A stretch of DNA of 63,821 bases, filler included, from Neoconidiobolus thromboides FSU 785 (Eukaryota > Fungi > Entomophthoromycota), in the NCBI GenBank assembly GCA_025603075.1. It is 9 parts of 9 records of this genome, joined end to end, with 100 filler letters (N's around TTAATTAATTAA, not from the genome) between each part and the next. Parts side by side here need not be neighbours in the genome. Positions count along the whole stretch, not along the records: positions 44,990 to 51,417 come from MU626734.1; positions 51,518 to 59,937 come from MU626684.1; positions 60,038 to 62,266 come from MU626869.1; positions 62,367 to 63,821 come from MU626961.1; 5 more parts are not named here. One strand, given 5' to 3'. Position 1 is the stretch's first letter; the number at the start of each line of letters is the position of its first letter. The translations under genes were made by a program, and so were the position numbers. Under the pieces are notes generated by a model. It was given only the letters and a program-made list of their open reading frames with translations. It was not told the DNA's origin and ran no database searches. Shown here one piece after another: positions 49,226 through 62,966 of this stretch.

Positions 49226-50923
49226 ATTTATTTATTTCCAGTCTAGATCAATAAGCTATTGATCGATTAATTGATAAAGTGATAGCTATATTAGTTTCAG
49301 ATCATAGCCTACTCCCAAGGTTCTTCTGAACCAAAGAATAAAGGGGTTGTTGAGGACGTTTTATTCGATAATATCACGACTCTACATAGAATCCCGTAAA
49401 AAGTATATATATGGTGGCTACCGAATTAAAGTACATTTGATAGCTTGGAACAATGTACTGAAATATGTAATAAAAATGACTATCCGTGGCTGATCAAATT
49501 CTCAAGGCCTTGGAATATAATAGGCCTTTCATTATAAAATGGAAAAAGAAATTATATGAGAAACTTGATTAGTAATATAATATACAGTATGCTCAAAAGC
49601 TATCATATTTTTTACTTTTTAAATAAATTTATATATTTTATTCGATATTGAATATATGAAAACTATATTCTATACACGTATTAAAAGATACCTACCAAAT
49701 AAAAGCGTAAAAAAATATGGATTTTTAATTACTAATACTGAGAAATCAGTGTTTAAAATTAGATACTTGAAATTTGGCGAAACTTTGTGAGGTCACTATA
49801 ATAGGTGATAATAATATAATACTATTATTTGATTTGCAATTAAGAATAATATTAAATTATATTCATTTTTTGTTGGTAACCTTTTATCAGAAGTGTTTAA
49901 TAAAAATAAGTTTATATGTTAAATAATGACTTTGGTATTATAAGCTTACATTATTTTATAATATCAGTTTATTTATGTTGGCAATTATATTATTTTTGAT
50001 ATTCAATCTATTACTATTTTTTTTAAATTCAGACTATTACTGCTTTGTTTAGCGAGTTAAAATATAACAAATAAGGTAATTATTTTTAGGCGCTATTAAA
50101 AATTAATCAAGCTTAACTAATTGATTAGTCTGCGATTCATAATTAATAGGGACTTATAAATAGACTCTAAATTATTCACATTCAAATAAAGCTACAAGAT
50201 CAACAATAAATTTATACCGAAGTAGAGAATATTACGACTTATAAGCAGATACCAAACACTCAAGTGCTCAAATAGGACACAAGTCCAATAGTAAATTGAT
50301 ATCATTAGATAACTTTTTCAAATTTTAAGAATAAGTCTTATACTATTTATTAGTTTAAAAAATTGAATTTAGAATCAGGGTGAGGTGTATTGGGAGGAAG
50401 TAGAGAGTTCTTAAGTATGGAAGGGTATTGTAAGAGATATGTATTCAGAAATATTATAACTTATAAACCAACTATAACTTATTCAAATAAGACTATGAAA
50501 TCACCATTAGGCTTGTGTTGAGTTAAAGAACACTGCAACTTATAATCAGATTTCAAATTATCTGGGTATTTGGATAAGACTATAAGACCAACAGTAACTT
50601 CATATTAAGGTAGAGAACATTACAACTATTTTATTGTGAAATCATATAATTATTAGATTTACGCTTGATAGAATTACCTAGTTTGATTAAATCCAATATA
50701 ATTTAATAATGAGGACTACAAATTTGCCAAAAATTATAAAATTTGAGCCAAGCAAAAGGGGAATTGGTAACTGCTAAATAAAGTAGTTGAAATCTATTTA
50801 AAAAATATAAAGGATGAGTATATATAAAGGGAGGCTAAATAGATGCTAACTCAACAAACTACTTTATACATTTGTACTTTACATAACTTAATATTAAAAA
50901 GCTCATAGCTGATCAACTGAACA

Positions 50924-51417
50924 ATGATTCCAACTTTATTTTATTATCTTACTCTTCCAAGCTTATTATTTGCCTTAAACCCCATTGAAATTAAAGGCTC
51001 CAAGTTCTTTGATTCAGTAACTGGAGATCAATTCTTCATGAAAGGTGTAGCTTATCAGCCAAGGGCTGGAGGTAATTACGATCCTTTAGCTGATGTTGCT
51101 GGCTGCAAAAGGGATATACCACATTTAAAAGCTTTAGGTACTAATACCATTCGTGTGTATGAAACTTATAGTAATAAGAGCCATGATGAGTGTATGAAAT
51201 TGTTAGATGAAGCTGGTATCTATGTGTTATTAGATCTTCCAACCCCTGATGTTTCAATTAATCGTAATCAGCCAGCTTATGATACTACCGTGTATAATTT
51301 TTATAAACAAAAGATTGATGTGTTTTCCAAGTATAATAATGTACTTGGATTCTTTGCTGGTAATGAAGTTAATAATGATAAAACAAACACTCCTTCTTCA
51401 GCCCATGTTAAAGCCGC
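50924..51417 (+). CDS. GH72 beta-1,3-glucanosyltransferase (Gas/Gel/Phr family), 3' part lost in gap
   Basis: Signal peptide, IEIKGSKFF, FFMKGVAYQP, DPLAD...CKRDIP, LGTNTIRVY, CM.LL..AGIYVLLDL, FFAGNEV catalytic Glu. Confidence 0.93.
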
Positions 51418-51517
51418 NNNNNNNNNNNNNNNNNNNNNNNNNNNNNNNNNNNNNNNNNNNNTTAATTAATTAANNNNNNNNNNNNNNNNNNNNNNNNNNN
51501 NNNNNNNNNNNNNNNNN

Positions 51518-51981
51518 TGTGAAATATCACTTTGTCAGTCCTATGGTTAATTATAGCATAACAATCGCCTAAGCTGTTGTGTTCTCGATTATAGAGACAA
51601 TTAGTCTCATGCTCTTATTCTGATTTTCTAAGAGAATTTCTACCTTCATCTCAAACAATGCAATCCTCTTGTTTTGATATTTATACTTTTCAGAGTATAA
51701 AAGATATTTTAGAGTATAGTAGTTCAAGGCTTTTTAACTGAATTATTCTCTGATATCTTGAACATTTAATAAAGTCACTAAGTTTTCTTAATGGTATTTT
51801 ACGTAGATCTTAAACTAGAAGTGTCTATTCTATTTGTTTTACATAGTCTGTAGCCTATTACGTGCTATTCTTCATAATCCAAGTCTATCTTAGTCACATA
51901 AACCAAGACCTTTCAACTTACAGTATAGTTAACTAGGCAATGGCTGCTCTTGACTCTAAACATTGAGTACCAGATTTCACA
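51518..51981 (+). mobile_element. LTR, copy 4 (464 bp, intact TG...CA ends)
   Basis: TGTGAAATATC...CAGATTTCACA; TATAAAA near 51696 and AATAAA near 51768; no PBS after it, left flank hidden in the gap. Confidence 0.78.
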
Positions 51982-52619
51982 ATACTACAACTTTGATTAA
52001 TATTATCATATAGGTTATGTTAACAAAAGTCTTACTAATCTGAGAATTTTTATTAAATTTAATTAAAATTCTGCTAACTTACAATATAAATTATGATGAA
52101 ATAATTTAGAATTGTGTTAGATACTTTTGCTTTCTAATAAAGAATTTGTTTTTATAGGATTTTGAGCAAAGTTTCTAATATAAAGTTTTTAAAAATTGGC
52201 TAAAAACCAATTTGAATATCCCCATAAGACTTTTTACTTTTTAATTGCAAAAAGCATTATTTTTAAATTTTTAAATTTAAATTTATTAGTTATAGTAAAG
52301 AATTATAATTGTCATCGTGTTTTTCGTATATAATACTCTAATGCAAGATATAAAAAAAGCTTTTTACTATAATAGCTTTTTTCCTGGATCTTATTATGTT
52401 TAGTTTTAATAAACCTATTTTATCTTTCAAGTGCATTATCTTTATCGATTTTTTTATAATTTGTTAGTATAAATTATTTTTAACAATACACTTTTTCAAT
52501 ATAATCAATATTCATATAAAGCCTACTCAAAATTTCTATTCATGGATAAACTCTATTTAAAAAAATAGGAAGATATGACGCAATTCAATAAAATAAAGCA
52601 AGCTATAAGAACAAAATAT

Positions 52620-53193
52620 AGGATGTTTTTTTTGGTTTCATTATTTTTTAAGTGCTATTTGAATAGAGAGATTGTTAGTAAAATTCTTAGACACAAAAAC
52701 ATATCCCCATATATCAAAAATGGTTTGATTAAGGTAAAGAGCAATACATAAATAGTCATATTTTGAAAACAAATAAAATATCGAAATACTGAAACTACTA
52801 CTAAAATATGGGGATGTATTTTTGTGTTTAAGAATTTTACTACCACTTTTTCCGCTTAAATAGCGTTTAAAAATGGAAAAAATAATGAAGTCAAAAAAAA
52901 CACTCCCATATAGTGAAACAAATTAAGAAGTAAAAAGTAAAAATAATTTTCACTAAATAATGAAAATGAACGAGCTTAGTAGCAATTGATAGGGAGGGAT
53001 AAAATAACTTACAAGTTTTATACAGAAAATAATGACAATGATTATTCAAAGGAAGTAAATAGCCGAAGCTTGGTAAGTTTTGCTAAAGAGGATATGGGGG
53101 TGTTTTTTTGTGTTTAAGAATTTTACCAACAATCTTTTCACTCAAATAGCGCTTAAAAATGGAAAAAATAATGAAGTCAAAAAAAACACCCCC
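52620..53193. mobile_element. Three MITE copies (~52620-52708 +, 52810-52907 -, 53096-53193 -)
   Basis: The last two have ATAT TSDs; they explain ORF 52655-52846. Confidence 0.85.
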
Positions 53194-56100
53194 ATATTAT
53201 GAGTGATACATCAAAATTAACTATTTGGAATTATAAAGAAAAAGAAAACAATAGCTATAATATAAAGGTAGTAAAATGAATAAAATAGTCAATTTGGTAT
53301 TAACTTGTCATGATGGCAACTAAGTTAAATACTTTTTAAATGACACATTTGGGTGCGTTGAGGCTATGCGTTTGAATTCATCATTCAAAGACAAGCCATT
53401 AATTAGTTATTAATTTAACGCGGGCTAATACAAGGTTGGCAAAATAAAATGCAATTTTTGGAGAGTTTATTTATGGGGTTATTATTTATGACAACTTATT
53501 CAATTATTAAAAAGAAAATGAATAAATTTATTAAATTCGATTTCACCTCGGATTCGATTAAGCTTAACAATTACTTATCTGATGAAAATAAGGAGTTTGA
53601 TATATTCAAATAAATATATATGTATCAAAACCCCTTAGCTTATGTTAACTATATGTTCTCCTTTTACGCTTAAAATTTCAAATAAACATTAACTGGAATC
53701 ATAGTAAAGTAGTGATGTAAAGGTTATTTTTTTATTTGAATATATTGTTCATCTTCAATGTAACTTAAAATTTAAGATTTAAGTCTAAAATACTTAGTTA
53801 AATTCTCAATAAAAAAGCAAATTTCTTCAAGCTTGGAATTTGAAAATAGTTGTTGTCAGTTTACTAATGCTACTATTTAGTTTTTTAAAATAGGCTAAAG
53901 AATAGTTACATAATGTCAATTTTAAATACCAAGCCCAACATATAGTTCAAGCGTTTAATTTTTAGGCTAAAAGTATCAAACTTTATCAATTTAGCTGAGC
54001 AATGGTTACAATTACAGATATATATAATGTAAAGAACAATGTTTTATATTTTATAATGTTTGTTGAGATAGGATAGCTTGAAACTTTCTATCCTTATGTA
54101 ATGCGTTGGAATGCTTGAAAAATCTTTTCTTACGCTTTGGTTGTATCGCTACAAATCACAATATTTAGATTGCTATTTTTTAATGTTAATAATTGAGTTC
54201 TTAAAATCCTAGCTCAAATTTTTACTTCATTTCTATTACTAATTAACATCATTTTAAAGCTATTACTATTAGAGTTGAAAATTTAAAATTTGACTGTTTT
54301 CTCTTCAGTTATTAAAAAAAATCAAGTGGATTCAGCAATAGTAATGAGAGGGAATCAAAGAGATAATATATAATTAGAGAATAAAAGAGTGGAAAGTAAG
54401 ATTGAATTAATTTAATATCTAATTTTAAAACATTACTTTTTTATTAATAAAAATAAATAGATGTTTTAGTACCAGAATTATTAGGAAGTATCATTAAGCA
54501 TTAGAAAATAGAATTATTTATGGGATACCTACCAAAGAAGTTGAATTGAAAGACTTTGTAATAGAATTAAGGGAGAATGAATTCTGGTTTATAGTATAGG
54601 AATTTTAATGATGGAATTGATAAGGGATCAACACTATCTTGACTCGAGTGTAAAGATTTGGATGGATTTTTAGAAAGAATGATGTGACTTTGATTATTGA
54701 CGAAAAACAATTACTGCAGAGGGGTGTGAGTTTTTTGATTTAATACATCAAAATTAATAGTTTATTGTTTTATTTTTACAATTAATTAAACAAGCAATTA
54801 AATTAAGTAATAAATTATCAATTGAAAACCAAGGATTCGTAGCGACACACCAAAATGATTAAAAGAAACTTAAACCTAAATTAAAACCTAGACTCATTGA
54901 TGTCAATATAATAATGCTCAGGTTTTTGTTTTTCATTTTTTTTAATCTGTTCAGATGAATTTAAAACCTAATGAAATTGAACTAAATGACTGGAAACGAA
55001 GCTAGGGTGGCTAAAGTGATTAAAATTAGAGAAGAGAAAAAAACGAGTAAAGTTAGTGAAGAAAAGAAGCTGCCAATAGCAGATTATAGAAACAACCTTA
55101 TATATATGTATTAGTACTCATTCAATTTATAGCATACGGTTAATACCAAAGGATTTTTTATAGTTAAAAAGGCACACCCGATTCAAATAATAACCAAAGT
55201 AATTTTAAGTGCTATTTATTTTTGAAATTGTTTGTTGATAAATTTTATTAATCTAGAAAGTATCCAATTATCTATTGTTTCAAATTAAGGAAAATACTTT
55301 TATCCGTTTTGTATTAAATAGGGGACTTATATTGTTATGTAAGTTGTTTGTAATAGTAATGACGATAAACTAAATTTATCTGATAGAGTTAATAGCTATA
55401 AAATGAAGTTGAGTAAAATGGTGAATTATTAAAAGAAATACAAAATAAATTAAAAAATGAAATAAATATCAAAAAACAAAAAATAAAATTTAAATAATAC
55501 AAAAAATACGGATTCAATAAGTTTTGGGGATGATTTGAGTATTATTATGTTATAAATAGAAACTAAAGACGATAAACCAAAATTACTAACACTTCGTGAA
55601 AATGTTCGATCACCTTTTTTTGGTAAATAGAAAAGTTAGTAACCAAAGGACAAATTTAAGGGTTAAGTTTTAAATCAAGTTTTCCGTTATCTCGAAGCAA
55701 CAAAGTAAAACCACCTAGTTTTAAAATGAAGAATGAAATAATATTAAATTATGAACTTGATTCTGAATTAGTATGGTAAAAAGGAAATGCAGATGGTAGT
55801 TTATTGGGTGGTTTAGAAGAAGAGTATTTCGATAGGAAGAGAGAGAAGATGAATAAGAATTTCAACTTTACTTTCTAACAACCTTAGGTAGCCATGATTT
55901 TTCTGCTTTTTTAGATATTGGTAATAGGTCAAAGGTAAGTCACTGAATAATTTTGTTTTAATGGTATTTGTTTTAATCTCTTTTAATTATTTAATATAGT
56001 ACCATCATCTTTTACTTTTAAATCTAATTTTAGTAAGTATTTGCTACTCTCAAGAGAATAACGAAAACGTCAAAATTAAACAACTACTACCTTCGAATTT

Positions 56101-56539
56101 TGCTTATTCAGTAGTGAAAGGTAAGTCTTTTGATTTTAACTTGGATCGTAAATGTTGAAAATAATTTTTTTAAATGGAATTAAGTTACAATTAGATCCTT
56201 TTGGGCTAATGATAGTAGTATAAGAGTGGAAAGGGGGAAATAATATGATTAATAGCTGGAATATTTTGAGATCAGAGAGGATCCTTTAGTTATACAGAAA
56301 AATAAAAAAATGTTTCTATTTATTTTGATTTTTAAAAAAATTGATTTACCATGAAAATTGTTAATATTTAATAAAAGATACTTGTACATTAGAATTTAAG
56401 ATGGTAAAGAAATTTACTTAAACTTATTCCCATTAATATTTTTTAAATACGTCACATGTTCAAGTGGCTTTCAGATTTAATAAAAAATGAGCTAAGATTT
56501 TCATGTTTTGCTTGTTTTTGTTTTTGTTTTTGTTAAAAG

Positions 56540-57832
56540 ATGTTTAAAAAATCAGCATGGTAAAGTCACAATAATGACAACAATGATTTAATGTTAACAA
56601 AATACTTTAGTTTATTGCTGCTACGTTTAAAAAAAGAGGCGAAGAAATTTGAAATCTTAATGGTTAAAAGGTAAACTTCTTCACTCCGTTTTAGTTTCAG
56701 TTAAATAATTCCAACTCAATTCAGATCTAACGTAGGTAGTTTTAAATCCGCTTATGTATTTCCTGGTAAGTGGATTTTTGCTATCATCCTCATAACCCAT
56801 CAACTCTAACTTGCCTTTTTAAGGTGGAGGCATTGAAAAAGTAGATTCATTAATTTCATGGTATGACCTAGATTTAGGACTTCAACTAAAAAAAGACGAG
56901 TAAGTTTACAATAATTAAAATAAAGAGCATTAATAAATCAGTTTGAATTTTGCAAATAAATTAGTTTAACCACTGATTTCTTACCTTATGAGTTAGCTGC
57001 AGTTCGAGAAACTTTCGAAGAAACTGGTATATTATGTACGGAAACAAAAGATACTTTTATTGATACAAAAGCATATGAAATTGAACGAAAGAAAGTAAGG
57101 GATATATATATTAACATGAAAATTTACATAATTATATAACTCACTTCTTTTTTCTTCTAGGTATTAGCCAATTCTCTTTACTTCTACGACCTGATAAAAA
57201 CTCAAGCTTTGGGTAAATTAAATTTAACTAATTTAAAATTTATAGCTTCTTGGCTAACCCCTAAACATTATCCAAAACGCTTCTTAACCAATTATTACCT
57301 CTCCATCCTTACCTCTCACTCAATTCCTCCAACCTCGGATAACCTAGAAATTCAAGAAACTCGATGGGTGGATATAAAAGAATTAATAGACTCATATGAG
57401 AATGATAATAAAAATAAGATATTGCTGTTTCCACCTCAATATTATCTGTTGTGCGAATTAAATAAATTCAGCTATGAAGGGATAATTGATTGGTATCAAA
57501 AGTTTCCCAATCATCATGATTACCTTTTAAGGGATAGTAATAACCCTGACTTCACTACAACACCATGGGTTTCTTGTTATTGTCCATTAAGGGTAGGGTC
57601 AGAACAGATTGGTAAAGATAGAAGAGAGATGATGAGTTTATCTGGGGAAGTTAAACCAGATGAAATGACTCATGGCTTTAACGCTTATTTTAAAAATGGA
57701 AATAAAGGATTAGGGATGGATGGTATTAAATTAATAAAGAAGGGAGTAAAGAACGAATTTAATGGAGTGAAGAATCCATTTTCATGTTTGAATGAAAACA
57801 ATATCAGTGATTCAAATAAACATAAACTTTAA
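56540..57832 (+). CDS. Nudix hydrolase, NUDT19-like (acyl-CoA diphosphatase type), 6 exons
   Basis: Spliced product MFKKSACLLLL...EILMVKRS..GSFKSAYVFPGGGIEKVD...LAAVRETFEETG...W.TP..YPKRF.T.YY...FPPQYYLL. Confidence 0.82.
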
Positions 57833-58118
57833 AATGAGATTTAATATCATCGCTATTATTATTTACCAATTTAAAGCTTTTCATTAAATACTATGTTATA
57901 CTTTCAAAGGTCCTTGCTTAAAAATAATTTAGGTAAATCATTCTATCTATTAAAATTCTTATTGTGACTGCGCTAATGATAAATCAAACAAAATTCTTAA
58001 ATTTTATCTTTTATACTGCTTTATTAATATTACAATGGTAAAAATAATACAGGAAGTCCAAAACTTTTACTATTTAATCAATTTATTATTTCTTACAATT
58101 ATAAAAAATAATTTAATG

Positions 58119-58619
58119 CAAAGAATTAATCGATAACAAGTTTTATAATAAAAAAGATAAAGTTGAAATCGAATTGTTAGTTATCAGTAAAACACCCAAA
58201 AGCATTGAAGCAAAGTATGGAATGACCCCATTAACTGCTAATGAAGTGCCTGAGTTTGTTAAAGCAGTCTCCAAAGTAGTGTATTCAAGTGGTGAAGTAG
58301 CTGAAATTATCAAGAAAGTATCTGGTGTAGTCTAATAATTGGTAGTGGAGTGTTTGAAGTGAGATATTCAAACTGTGGTGATATTGTTGAAGCACCATCC
58401 AAAATAGTTTCTTCATCTAGTAAATCAACTCAGGAGACTACTGAAGCAACATCTCAAAAGGTGAATAACAAAGAAAATTTATTGAAACATGATACTAGTT
58501 ATAATACTATATACAAAGATTTAATGGATGAGTTCATTAATAATCTTAATGACTTAACTAAATGTCTTATCCTGAAGAAAAAAAAGATGAATATAATCAG
58601 AGGAAACAGATTCAAATAA
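58119..58619 (+). pseudogene. Unidentified coding-like region broken by a frameshift near 58330
   Basis: Two consecutive open frames (~72 aa ending 58337; ~95 aa ending 58619) with coding-like composition; no recognisable family. Confidence 0.3.
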
Positions 58620-58756
58620 ATGATCGTTTTATCGTTTTAAAAATAACAAAAATCAAAAGCGAAGAAATAACTAAATCAATTAAACAAAATTTATTGTTTA
58701 TAAGATTACAGTTTTAAATGTCGAATATCATTTTTTATTATCATAAAATAAGAACC

Positions 58757-59907
58757 TTAAAAAATTGGAATATAATGATGAATCTTATCTTTTTGTTGCT
58801 GAGAAATACATTCAGCAATCCAAACTATATTACGTATCTCTTGCTCCTTTAATTTAAAATAAGCATAAAATAAGCCATAGTGGAATTGCTGTAAAAAGGT
58901 ATCCTTGTTGAGTTCCACTTCATATTCAAAAAATCGATCTTCTAATGTTTTTCCTTCCCCATCATTTACCCCTAATCCAGAATCAAATAAATTACGGTAT
59001 TCCTAAAATAGTTTGAAATTCAATTACTGTTATTATTAATATAGATTTCTAATAAACTTACAGCAACAAAATCACAACTACCCTTTACTTGATCAAAATC
59101 ATCTACTTTAGAAAGCTTAGCACTTCCTTCTGGGAAAAGTCGACCTAAGGAGGGAAATAATTTGGCACGATCATCTTTCGAAAGTTCAGTACCAAAAGAA
59201 TTGATAGTGATATTGATAGTACGTCTATCTGCCTCAAACTAAATTGAAAAAAGTATTAAAACTTGAACCTAGAAAAGTTTAATAACTTACTTTTAATATT
59301 TCCCCCATAAGCTCAGCTGTCGCACCACCAATTCCTTGGCAAAACTGATAAAAGTCTTCCAAATACGCTTTGTATAATGTGTTACGAATGATTTCAATAT
59401 TGAGCTCATCCAAGTCTTGTGCTGATAAGCAGTTACGAAAATAAGGTGCTATAAATTATTCAAAGTTAGTTTATTTTTACTAATAAATAAAGTATTATCT
59501 TACCAAGTGGTGTTTCAACTAACACAGTATTATATAATTCTGCTACATTGGTAGCAATACATAGGGCTGGCATAGACTCAAAGACACCAATAGGATGACA
59601 GCGCTCAATCAGCTCGTTGGTATCACGTTCATGTAAAGTACCAGTGATTAATAAGATGACGTTGTCAATCATGTAACCGTAACTAAAAAACAAGCAAAGT
59701 TAGAGTAAACTAATAACAATAGCTACTAAAATTACCTAATATAATCTAAGAACTGCAACAAGTCGCCACTAGCTTGAGAACGAATATATTTGTATTCTTC
59801 TACTAGTTTTTCAGTACATTTTTCAGAGATGGTGGATGTGGCTATGGGTGAAGCTTCATTTTGAATTAAAGTACCATAATCTGTGGCTCCTAACTGGACT
59901 TTGAGAT
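58757..59907 (-). CDS. VMA6: V-type ATPase V0 subunit d, 5' exon(s) lost in gap
   Basis: [96 protein letters not shown]. Confidence 0.95.
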
Positions 59908-60039
59908 CTTTTAAATTCAGTATTTTAATTTTAATTTNNNNNNNNNNNNNNNNNNNNNNNNNNNNNNNNNNNNNNNNNNNNTTAATTAATTAANNNNNNN
60001 NNNNNNNNNNNNNNNNNNNNNNNNNNNNNNNNNNNNNAC

Positions 60040-60159
60040 AATTTTAGTCCACAAATTGATCCATTCATAAATGGGGTTCAAAATGTTCCAAATGTCTTTG
60101 GCTCTTTCATTGGACCAAATGGATTGTTTAACCCTATTTGGGGCACTGGCAAACAATAA
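60040..60159 (+). CDS. C-terminal fragment of an unidentified protein emerging from the gap
   Basis: Open frame NFSPQIDPFINGVQNVPNVFGSFIGPNGLFNPIWGTGKQ* with higher GC than its surroundings. Confidence 0.45.
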   Translation, partial: NFSPQIDPFINGVQNVPNVFGSFIGPNGLFNPIWGTGKQ

Positions 60160-60630
60160 ATTTTGTTTACTTATATATCTTTTTTATATTTTTGTTTTTT
60201 GTTACTGTTCATGTGTTTATTTTCATAGCTACATTAGCTGCTGAAATTATTCAAATACCTTGTTTTTTTCGTTTTCTCTTAACTTGGCCAATGTATATAA
60301 CTTAAATATGAACTGATACTAACAAAATTAAAGCATTGAAGGTTCTTGGGCTAGATAATATTGGTCGAATTTTTATACTTAGTGTTGAATTTCTAGATTA
60401 ATCCTTGCATTCAATTCAATCCATTCAAACTATCTCAGAATAACTTAAAATCAATATTACATATCATGCTTCCATTATAATGCATTAAAAAGTGATTTAT
60501 TAATTATAGTTATTATCAAGAGAAACAATACATTGCTCTGTGGATAAAGAAACAGAAAGCATATCATGGACTTGACTTATTTAAATATATTGAGTAAAAG
60601 GGAGGTTATAATGATTTAGTTATATTATTT

Positions 60631-60727
60631 GGGGATGTTTTTTTGACTTCATCACTTGTTTGATTTTTTAAGCCCATTTGAGCGGAAATACTATTAGTAA
60701 AATTCTTAAACAAAAAAATACACCACC
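60631..60727 (+). mobile_element. MITE copy
   Basis: GGGGATG left end, ATTT TSD. Confidence 0.85.
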
Positions 60728-61049
60728 ATTTATTTTACTACCAATATTATAGCAAGTCTTTTTTAAGTTATAGTAAATTATATGAAATATAAGTTTACTA
60801 GCTCAGTAACATCGTATCCGATCTTACTCAAAAGAATGTTTTGGCTTTATAAAAAGTTTGATATTCAAAATTATTTACCCTATCCTCAGATTAAAGTTTA
60901 ATGAAAGCTAATATTGGCTAATTATTGAATTTGAATTATTTGAATTATTTGAATTTGACATTGCTATTTCTTAATAAACAATATGTTAAGTAAAGTTCTT
61001 TTTTTTTCTTTCCCTCTGAAAAATTTACTATCAACTGTCTTGTTTAATA

Positions 61050-61830
61050 CAACAAAAAATCAAATACCCTACACTAACTTGACTTCGAGGTACTATCTCC
61101 TCTATAATCACATTCTAAAAAAGAAGAGCTGAGTTCAATAGACTTTTGACTTTAGAAAGACAAAGGAAACTGATGATTGTTTGATTAAGCTTTGTTATGC
61201 AGAGTGTTTGTTATTGAATGAATAAATATGCCTATGAGATTGAAAAGATTTGGATGTGGTGCTAACTTTGCCTAAAACCATAAGGCTTTCATTGATTTCT
61301 CTATATATCAGTCAATCTATAAAGAGTCTATTAATTATTTTATAGTTAAATATGGATAAAATAAGTAAAAATTGACACAAGGGTGATAAGTATCTGTATG
61401 ACTTTTTGATTAGGGTATACAGGTCCATAGGTAGAGGGCTGAAAGAGTTAGAACTGGAACTATTTAGGGATGATATATTTGATCCTTGATAATGGAAAAA
61501 TACGTGCTATATATGTTTGAATTTCGAGATGATGATAAGTGAGATGAAGCCCAAATAGTCAAATCTCGAAAACCTAATTGGAACTTTTTGTAAAAGGTTT
61601 TTATAGTGAGAGGTATATCAAAGAATTTAAAGTAAAACAAGCTTTGGGATTCAAAATATTTTGTAGTCAATCGCTTATAAACATTTCGAAAAAACTACTT
61701 AGTATGTTAAAAGTAGTAGAGAATGCACTTTTAAGAAGGTTATTTTTAAATCTGACAGGAAAAAAGCTATCTGCTTTGTACTTTGGTGGCTTTAAAAGGA
61801 CCGAAGTTTTTTTTAGATAGGAATTAATAT
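61050..61830 (-). mobile_element. Possible second decayed L1/Tx1-like relic
   Basis: LTIKTFYKKFQLGFRDL..WA resembles the L..PK..GGLG..DL motif, and LECDY recurs downstream as in the 37392-38205 relic; heavily eroded. Confidence 0.3.
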
Positions 61831-62097
61831 TATACTTTATACACTTCTTTGACGGAAAGAATCCGGATATAGTAAACGCGAAGAATATCGTAACTGCTTC
61901 ATTTAAAAATTACTTTATGTTGCGATTATTAATAATATTTTGAAACTTCATAACATTTTATTTTTATCTCTGATATTTAAAATTTCAATTATTTAATAAA
62001 AATAAGTAAAAAAGATTCAAAAGATTTAAGAAATTTGAAAATTTCATATAATAAGTAATTTATTTTAAACTCTTCCTTCTCAATAATAGTTTTACTA

Positions 62098-62266
62098 TTA
62101 ATAGTAAACGTTACCGTAACCATTACCATAACCATAAGTAGGTCTTGGTCTAGTAGTATAGTATGGTCTAGTAGTGGTAGTTCTAGTAGTATAGTAAGGG
62201 GTAGTAGATGTCTTGGTGGTGGTGATAGTTCCAGTAGTGGACGTTTGAGTAGAAGTTCCAGTAGTG
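62098..62266 (-). CDS. C-terminus of a Thr-rich, Tyr/Gly-tailed protein (mucin-like or cell-wall type)
   Basis: TTGTSTQTSTTGTITTTKTSTTPYYTTRTTTRPYYTTRPRPTYGYGNGYGNVYY*, entering from the gap at 62267. Confidence 0.6.
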
Positions 62267-62366
62267 NNNNNNNNNNNNNNNNNNNNNNNNNNNNNNNNNN
62301 NNNNNNNNNNTTAATTAATTAANNNNNNNNNNNNNNNNNNNNNNNNNNNNNNNNNNNNNNNNNNNN

Positions 62367-62540
62367 GCATTTAAAACTAGAGAACAATTGATTTATTTAA
62401 TTGAAAATGGAATTGTTCGAAATACTGAACAAGAAAAAATTCAACTGTTTATTAATAGAGCTAATTCTTTTAATCAATTATGTTTGAATGGTGAGCCTAT
62501 TAATGGATTTATGTTACCAGATGCTAAAACCAAAATTTAA
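62367..62540 (+). CDS. C-terminal fragment resembling the end of an IS630/Tc1-like transposase
   Basis: AFKTREQLIYLIENGIVRNTEQEKIQLFINRANSFNQLCLNGEPI...*, similar to the F....L...I....I.......CL..E.I tail of this family. Confidence 0.45.
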   Translation, partial: AFKTREQLIYLIENGIVRNTEQEKIQLFINRANSFNQLCLNGEPINGFMLPDAKTKI

Positions 62541-62966
62541 TACTCTACGTTTTGTTATTATAGTAAATTTATTTAATTTCTAATTTTTCAATTTTTTATT
62601 TCTGCTGTTATTAATAAAGGACTTTAAAGTAAGTTACTTTTTATTTATGATAGTCACACTAATCAAAGTCAAAAAGGATTTTGAGTAGGAATTGCTTTAG
62701 GCCAAGAGTGACCAATTTCTAAAACAAACCTAGAATAATATTGAATTTAAAACTTACTTAAATCTAAATAAAAGTATATATTTTGAAGTGCTTTGTAATT
62801 TTCAATAAATTAAAGAGAAACTAATACACTTCTCAAAATTATTATCAATTCATTTAGTGAGTTTTTATAAAACCATTAACCTTTTCCACGAAAATATTTT
62901 TTAATTTAAAAACAATTTCAATTTTTGAATCATTCAAAGTCAACTTCCTATTAACTTAAAATTAGC

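Noticed and set aside
55070-55110. LPIADYR as the start of a DEAH helicase
   Set aside because: No GETGSGK or other helicase motif found downstream.
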